Source of the DNA: Candidatus Nitrosotalea bavarica
GTDB lineage: Archaea > Thermoproteota > Nitrososphaeria > Nitrososphaerales > Nitrosopumilaceae
Reading direction: 5' to 3'
DNA length: 32,000 nucleotides
Assembly (NCBI RefSeq): GCF_900167955.1
Contig: NZ_FUYK01000004.1
Span: 35,975 to 67,974, forward strand
Position 1 is the first letter of the stretch. Every line of letters starts with the position of its first letter. Made by a program: the position numbers and the translations under genes. Of this stretch, positions 27,647-32,000 are shown piece after piece. The notes below the pieces were generated by a model. That model did not search any database. It worked only from the letters and a program-made list of their open reading frames with translations, and was not told where the DNA came from.

Positions 27647-28446
27647 CTTTAACCAAGAGAGTAATTCCTTGTCTTGACGTAGATAAAGGAAGAGTAGTCA
27701 AAGGAATGCATTTTACATCAATAAAAGATGCAGGTGATCCTGTTTTACTTGCAGAAAAATATAGTCAAGAGGGAGCAGATGAGTTAGTTTTTCTAGATAT
27801 TACAGCTTCTGAACAACAACGAGAAACAATCAAGAGTCTAGTAAAAAAAGTAGCACAGGTAATTGATATTCCATTTACTGTAGGTGGTGGTGTAAAGACC
27901 TTGCAGGATGCAAGAGATATTCTTCTTAGTGGTGCAGACAAGGTTGCTATTAATACAGGTGCTGTAAAAAATCCTGAGATAATTACAAAACTAATGGAGA
28001 TTTTTGGTAAACAATGCATAGTTATTGCAATGGATGTGAGGCGTAATTATGAAGTAAAGGAAGGTAGGCACATCTTTACATCTGACTCCAAAAAGTTTTG
28101 GTTTGAAGTCTATATTTATGGTGGTAAAACTCCTACAAATCTTGATGCAATAGAGTGGGCAAAGGAAGTTGAGAGACGTGGCGCAGGTGAGATTCTGCTA
28201 ACTAGTATAGACATGGATGGCACAAAGGAAGGATATGATATTCAACTTATCAGAGAAATTGTGAATGCGGTAAACATACCTGTTATTGCATCAGGGGGAT
28301 GTGGCAAACCCAAACATATGCTTGATGTGTTCTTGCAAACTAACGTAGATGCGGCATTGGCAGCATCAATATTCCATTACAAAACTCACTCTGTTGATAG
28401 AGTAAAAGAATATCTTAAGGAAAATGGAGTTCCTGTTAGACTATAA
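27643..28446 (+). CDS. hisF: Imidazole glycerol phosphate synthase, cyclase subunit
   Basis: 267 aa with [30 protein letters not shown] and ASGG motifs. ATGA overlap with hisA. Confidence 0.95.
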   Translation: MTLTKRVIPCLDVDKGRVVKGMHFTSIKDAGDPVLLAEKYSQEGADELVFLDITASEQQRETIKSLVKKVAQVIDIPFTVGGGVKTLQDARDILLSGADKVAINTGAVKNPEIITKLMEIFGKQCIVIAMDVRRNYEVKEGRHIFTSDSKKFWFEVYIYGGKTPTNLDAIEWAKEVERRGAGEILLTSIDMDGTKEGYDIQLIREIVNAVNIPVIASGGCGKPKHMLDVFLQTNVDAALAASIFHYKTHSVDRVKEYLKENGVPVRL

Positions 28447-28479
28447 CAGAAAAATAGGGCACAAAATAAAGGTGTTATT

Positions 28480-28809
28480 GTGAATAAAAAAATAAATGAT
28501 ATTGATTTTGCAAAAAGTGAAGGTCTTGTACCAGTAATTGTCCAAGATGTACATTCTAGAGAAGTTTTAACACTTGCATATGTAAATAAGGAATCTCTTG
28601 AACTTACTCAAAAAACTGGTAACTCGTGGTTCTGGAGCAGATCGAGAAACAAATTGTGGATGAAAGGAGAAGAATCAGGGAATATCCAAAAAGTCAAGGA
28701 AATTTTGGTAGATTGTGATTCTGATGCAATTATCTATCTGGTAGAACCAAGTGGACCTGCATGTCATACTGGAGAAAAAGTTTGTTTTCACAACATTTTA
28801 GAAAAATAA
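28480..28809 (+). CDS. hisI: Phosphoribosyl-AMP cyclohydrolase (monofunctional, no HisE domain)
   Basis: 109 aa with [42 protein letters not shown] and CHTGEKVCF motifs. GTG start. Confidence 0.9.
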   Translation: MNKKINDIDFAKSEGLVPVIVQDVHSREVLTLAYVNKESLELTQKTGNSWFWSRSRNKLWMKGEESGNIQKVKEILVDCDSDAIIYLVEPSGPACHTGEKVCFHNILEK

Positions 28810-28813
28810 TTCT

Positions 28814-29320
28814 TTAACACGGATCTAATCCCTTAGGTACGGTGTCCAAACCCTCAGTTTTATTTGAATATTCTGGAATATACTCGTTTATAATTTCAAA
28901 TGGTATTGATTTGTAAGGAACACCATCAAATATGATGTTCCAATGACCTACAAGCGATGTGGCATTACATAGCGAAAGGTTTCTTTCCGTATTAGGTTCA
29001 AAAAACTGTTTAAAGCTAGATTTTATTGTTCCATTAAATGGTATTTTGCTATAAGTGTCTCCTTTTGGATCTACAATATCAATTTCTCCTACATCAGTCG
29101 GTTTTAAGTCGCTTACTACAATGAAAATATGTTCTCCAAGTTTGTATTGATTCTTATTAATTGAAAATGGTCCAGAGGTAATCCATACCCACGGTTGTCC
29201 TTTACTTGCCTCTTGTTGATAATAAGAGTAAACTATAGCTGCAACTATTCCCGCTAATACAATTAACATAATTATTTTTCCTAAATGTTTCTTCTTTTTT
29301 GATCTCTGTTTTATTTTCAA
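28814..29320 (-). CDS. Hypothetical membrane-anchored extracytoplasmic protein
   Basis: 168-aa ORF with a basic N-terminus (KQRSKKKKH) followed by one TM (IIMLIVLAGIVAAIVYSYY). TTG start at 29320. No family recognised. Confidence 0.5.
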   Translation of the reverse strand: MKIKQRSKKKKHLGKIIMLIVLAGIVAAIVYSYYQQEASKGQPWVWITSGPFSINKNQYKLGEHIFIVVSDLKPTDVGEIDIVDPKGDTYSKIPFNGTIKSSFKQFFEPNTERNLSLCNATSLVGHWNIIFDGVPYKSIPFEIINEYIPEYSNKTEGLDTVPKGLDPC

Positions 29321-29467
29321 TTTTCGAGTTACGTTCTAATGTTATCATTAATATTTCTTCTACTTGTAAAAAATTCATAAAATCTCTTAATTTACAAAAT
29401 TTTCAAGTTATGGCCTCTTTCATCACTGGATCTTTTTTAAAATTATGCGTAATTTTGTATTAATTTT

Positions 29468-29506
29468 CACTTAATCTTGGCATTTTATAAATTAAGTGTC
29501 ACTTAA
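29468..29506. promoter_or_regulatory. Inverted repeat CACTTAAT-N15-ATTAAGTG bracketing a TATA-like box, plus a third CACTTAA half-site
   Basis: The arms at 29468-29475 and 29491-29498 are perfect reverse complements. The spacer contains TTTTATAAA (29483-29491). A third copy, CACTTAA, lies at 29500-29506. The element sits 49-87 nt upstream of the ThrC-like TTG start. Confidence 0.4.
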
Positions 29507-29554
29507 ACTAATATTAGGATTTTTTATGTAGTATTTTATAAAGTTAGAGTTGTC

Positions 29555-30772
29555 TTGGGAAAAATAAAATTTCTGCAATGCAGAGAATGTAAGAAGGAAT
29601 ATGCACCTACATTCAAGTATATTTGTGAGGAATGCTTTGGTCCTCTAGATGTGTGCTATGATTTTCCATCTGTGAATAAAAATACTTTTTCAAATCGCGA
29701 ACATACCTACTGGAGATATCATGAACTTTTACCAATTGAATCAAAATTCAATATCATAAGTATTGGTGCTGGAATGACCCCATTAATTAAGGCAGAAAAA
29801 TTGGGTAAATCACTCGGTCTGAATAATCTTTACATAAAAAATGATTCAGTAAATCCCACATTTTCATTTAAAGATAGACCTGCTGGAGTAGCAGTATCAA
29901 AAGCAAAAGAATTTGGTCTTTCTGCAGTGGGATGTGCATCTACCGGAAATCTTGCATCAGCTACAGCAGCGCATGCAGCAAAAGGTGATTTTCCTTGTTA
30001 CATATTTGCACCTAGTGATATTGAGCATGCAAAGATAACCCAAGCATTAGCTTATGGTGCTAATTTCATATCTGTTGATGGAACATATGATGACGCAAAT
30101 CGAATTGCTGCTCAAATAGGTGATAGCAAAGGTATAGGAATAGTAAACATAAACATGCGTTCGTATTATGTTGAAGGATCTAAGACACTAGCTTATGAAG
30201 TGGCAGAACAACTTGACTGGCAAGTACCTGATCAACTTATTGTACCAGTTGGTAGCGGAGCCATGTTAAATGCTATTTGTAAAGGCTTTGAAGAACTAGA
30301 AAATATTTCATTAATCAATCAAGTCTCTAACATGCATATGATTGCAGCTCAGCCACATGGATGTGCACCTATTGTTAATGCTTTCAAGAAAAAACTTTCA
30401 GAAGTAACTCCAGTGGAAACTCCGGATACCATCGCAAAAAGTTTAGCAATAGGTGATCCAGGTGACGGACAGTATGTATTAAGACGACTAAAACAATACA
30501 ATGGTTTTGCTGAGGAATCTAATAACAAGGAGATCTTGGATGCTATACTATTGCTGGCTAGAACTGAGGGAATATTTACAGAACCTGCCGGCGGTGTCTC
30601 TGTGGCAGTATTGAAAAAAATGGTTGATGAAGGAAAAATTGACAAGAATGATTGTACCGTATGTTATGTGACTGGTAATGGATTGAAAACAACAGAAGTT
30701 ATGATGGAAGTACTTCCAAAGCCTCAAGTAATGCAAGCTGATTTTGGTAAAATTTCAGCATTGGTGAGATAG
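29555..30772 (+). CDS. Threonine synthase-family PLP enzyme with an N-terminal zinc ribbon; true reaction uncertain given its neighbour
   Basis: 405 aa. CRECKKEY...CEEC zinc ribbon. PLP-lysine block NPTFSFKDRPAG (Lys codon 29870-29872), then ASTGNLASA and VPVGSGA, in the order found in the ThrC family. The TTG start is forced: it is the first start codon after the in-frame TAA at 29504-29506 and is needed to include the zinc ribbon. Confidence 0.85.
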   Translation: MGKIKFLQCRECKKEYAPTFKYICEECFGPLDVCYDFPSVNKNTFSNREHTYWRYHELLPIESKFNIISIGAGMTPLIKAEKLGKSLGLNNLYIKNDSVNPTFSFKDRPAGVAVSKAKEFGLSAVGCASTGNLASATAAHAAKGDFPCYIFAPSDIEHAKITQALAYGANFISVDGTYDDANRIAAQIGDSKGIGIVNINMRSYYVEGSKTLAYEVAEQLDWQVPDQLIVPVGSGAMLNAICKGFEELENISLINQVSNMHMIAAQPHGCAPIVNAFKKKLSEVTPVETPDTIAKSLAIGDPGDGQYVLRRLKQYNGFAEESNNKEILDAILLLARTEGIFTEPAGGVSVAVLKKMVDEGKIDKNDCTVCYVTGNGLKTTEVMMEVLPKPQVMQADFGKISALVR

Positions 30773-32000
30773 ATGGCAAATATCAAATTTACAATTCCTT
30801 CCGTATTGAACAAAGGTGGAGGAGAAAAGAAAGTAGACCTTACAGCTTCTACTCTTTTGGAAGCATTTGCTAAAATCTCAGAACAACTAGGAGACGAATT
30901 CAAAAGACGCGTTCTTAATCCAGATGGTTCTCCTAGATCGCTTATCAACATATACATCAACGGAAAAAACATGCGATTTTCAGGAGGTATGGAAACATCC
31001 CTAAAAGATGGGGATGAGATTTACGTATTGCCTGCAGTAGCTGGAGGATCTGAGCTATCAAGTAGAGATCTAGAAAAATATTCTAGACAAGTAATGCTAG
31101 AAGAAATTGGTTATGAGGGTCAACTCAAACTAAAAAAGGCAAAAGCATGTGTTGTTGGAGTGGGTGGACTTGGTAATCCTATAGTAACGCGACTGGTTGC
31201 TATGGGAATAGGAACGATAAGAATTGTTGATAGAGATGTGATAGAGTTATCCAATCTGCATAGGCAAACAATGTTTGATGAATCCGATATTGGTCAGGTC
31301 AAAGTTGAGGTAGCCGCAAAGAAACTAAAAAAAATGAACCCTGATGTCATAATTGAGGCATTACCTGTTTCTGTAAATGACTATACTGCACTAGATGTAG
31401 TAGAAGGATGTGATGTTGTAATTGATGCACTTGACAGTGTTAATGCAAGATATTCTCTTAACAAAGCCTGTATTAAAAAAAATATTCCATTTGTAACAGG
31501 AGCTGCAGTAGGAGTTTCAGGTCAGGTATTTACTATCTTGCCACATCAAACTGCATGTTATCATTGCATATTTCCGTCCTTGGATGAAAATTCTATGCCT
31601 ACATGTAGTACGGAGGGAGTTCACCCATCAATACTTTCTATTGTTGGGGGAATTGAGGTTGCAGAAGCAGTCAAAATTATGATAGGACGAACTCCAACAT
31701 TGGCAAATAAATTACTCTACATTGATCTTGATAATCTTGATTTCAATACTACTGTTTTCAATAAAGTAGATGAATGTCCCGAATGTGGTTCAGGTAAACA
31801 TGAAGAATTACCAACACAGGAATTCATTGTTGAAGAACTATGTGGACGTAACAGGGGAAAACGTACTTTCTCTATTACTCCAACAAAGATGATTGAGATT
31901 GACGTTCCAAAAATAACTAGTATTGCATCAGAGAAAGGCTTCAAAGTACAAAATCAAGGTGAACTTGGATTATCAATTTCTTCTAATGATATCTATGTGA
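30773..32000 (+). CDS. Fusion protein, 5' part only: CysO/MoaD/ThiS-like beta-grasp sulfur-carrier domain (aa 1-92, ending AVAGG) joined in frame to an E1-like ThiF/MoeB adenylyltransferase. Runs off the window.
   Basis: My own translation from ATG 30773, which immediately follows the ThrC-like TAG, is open for 409 codons to nt 32000, so the ORF is absent from the complete-ORF track. The N-terminal domain reads MANIKFTIPSVLNKGGGEKKV...INIYINGKNMRFSGGMETSLKDGDEIYVLPAVAGG, with the GG codons at 31043-31048. The E1 part follows directly: LEKYSRQV...GVGGLGNP...DRDVIELSNLHRQ, CYHC and CPEC zinc-site pairs, and the crossover-loop Cys in PTCSTEGV (31604-31606). Confidence 0.85.
   Translation, partial: MANIKFTIPSVLNKGGGEKKVDLTASTLLEAFAKISEQLGDEFKRRVLNPDGSPRSLINIYINGKNMRFSGGMETSLKDGDEIYVLPAVAGGSELSSRDLEKYSRQVMLEEIGYEGQLKLKKAKACVVGVGGLGNPIVTRLVAMGIGTIRIVDRDVIELSNLHRQTMFDESDIGQVKVEVAAKKLKKMNPDVIIEALPVSVNDYTALDVVEGCDVVIDALDSVNARYSLNKACIKKNIPFVTGAAVGVSGQVFTILPHQTACYHCIFPSLDENSMPTCSTEGVHPSILSIVGGIEVAEAVKIMIGRTPTLANKLLYIDLDNLDFNTTVFNKVDECPECGSGKHEELPTQEFIVEELCGRNRGKRTFSITPTKMIEIDVPKITSIASEKGFKVQNQGELGLSISSNDIYV

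Noticed and set aside
29410-29463. 17-codon mini-ORF (MASFITGSFLKLCVILY*) in the long spacer, as a possible leader peptide for a Thr/Met-responsive attenuator
   Set aside because: It has no run of regulatory Thr, Met or Cys codons, no terminator/antiterminator hairpins that I could draw, and attenuation of this type is not established in archaea. It is kept only as a note inside the spacer finding.
30349-31944. Tracked minus-strand ORFs 30349-30645, 30548-30736, 30724-30972 and 31717-31944
   Set aside because: They are antisense to the ThrC-like gene and to the carrier-E1 fusion. The plus-strand reading is supported by dense family motifs (PLP-lysine block, GxGGxG, CxxC pairs).
1-32000. Search for CRISPR arrays, transposases or integrases, long DNA-level repeats, rRNA or other large ncRNAs, and defence or toxin-antitoxin modules
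   Set aside because: No periodic repeat-spacer structure is present. No ORF shows transposase, integrase, nuclease or toxin-like motifs. No non-coding gap exceeds 234 nt, and the only GC-rich non-coding island is the tRNA. By eye I could miss short dispersed repeats; a dot-plot would settle that.

Overview
Visibly AT-rich, very gene-dense archaeal chromosome segment. I count 35 protein-coding genes and 1 tRNA. There are no mobile elements, CRISPR arrays, rRNA genes or recognisable defence genes.

The marker set is thermosome, ribosomal proteins L44e and S27e, exosome Csl4, Dph2, TiaS, archaeal CobY, MptE-type HPPK and a bulge-helix-bulge tRNA intron. Together with many TTG starts and 1-4 nt gene overlaps, this looks like a Nitrosopumilus-like ammonia-oxidising thaumarchaeon. 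That assignment is by recognition only; no search was possible.

Most of the window is ordinary housekeeping:
- cobamide nucleotide-loop assembly (cbiB-cobS-cobY)
- rpl44e-rps27e
- purine genes (ade, guaA, guaB)
- thermosome
- pterin genes (mptE and DHPS)
- pheA, csl4-dph2, tiaS and a class II HMG-CoA reductase
- a translationally coupled histidine operon, hisG-D-C-(HAD)-B-H-A-F-I

The part most worth a second look is the 3' end, which has three pieces:
1. A ThrC-family PLP enzyme at 29555-30772.
2. An ORF that starts on the very next nucleotide and is absent from the supplied ORF track, because it runs off the window (30773 to beyond 32000). It encodes a CysO/MoaD-like beta-grasp domain ending ...LPAVAGG, fused in frame with no stop to an E1/ThiF-MoeB adenylyltransferase.
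3. An upstream 234-nt spacer carrying an inverted repeat that brackets a TATA-like box.

I read this as a candidate protein-thiocarboxylate sulfur-transfer module feeding a ThrC-like enzyme. The carrier would have to be cut out of its own activating enzyme.

Secondary items are a HAD phosphatase inside the his operon (candidate for the missing histidinol-phosphate phosphatase) and an initiator tRNA with one canonical intron plus about 15 unexplained extra nucleotides in the D-arm.

All product calls rest on motif recognition by eye. No BLAST, HMM or structure prediction was run.
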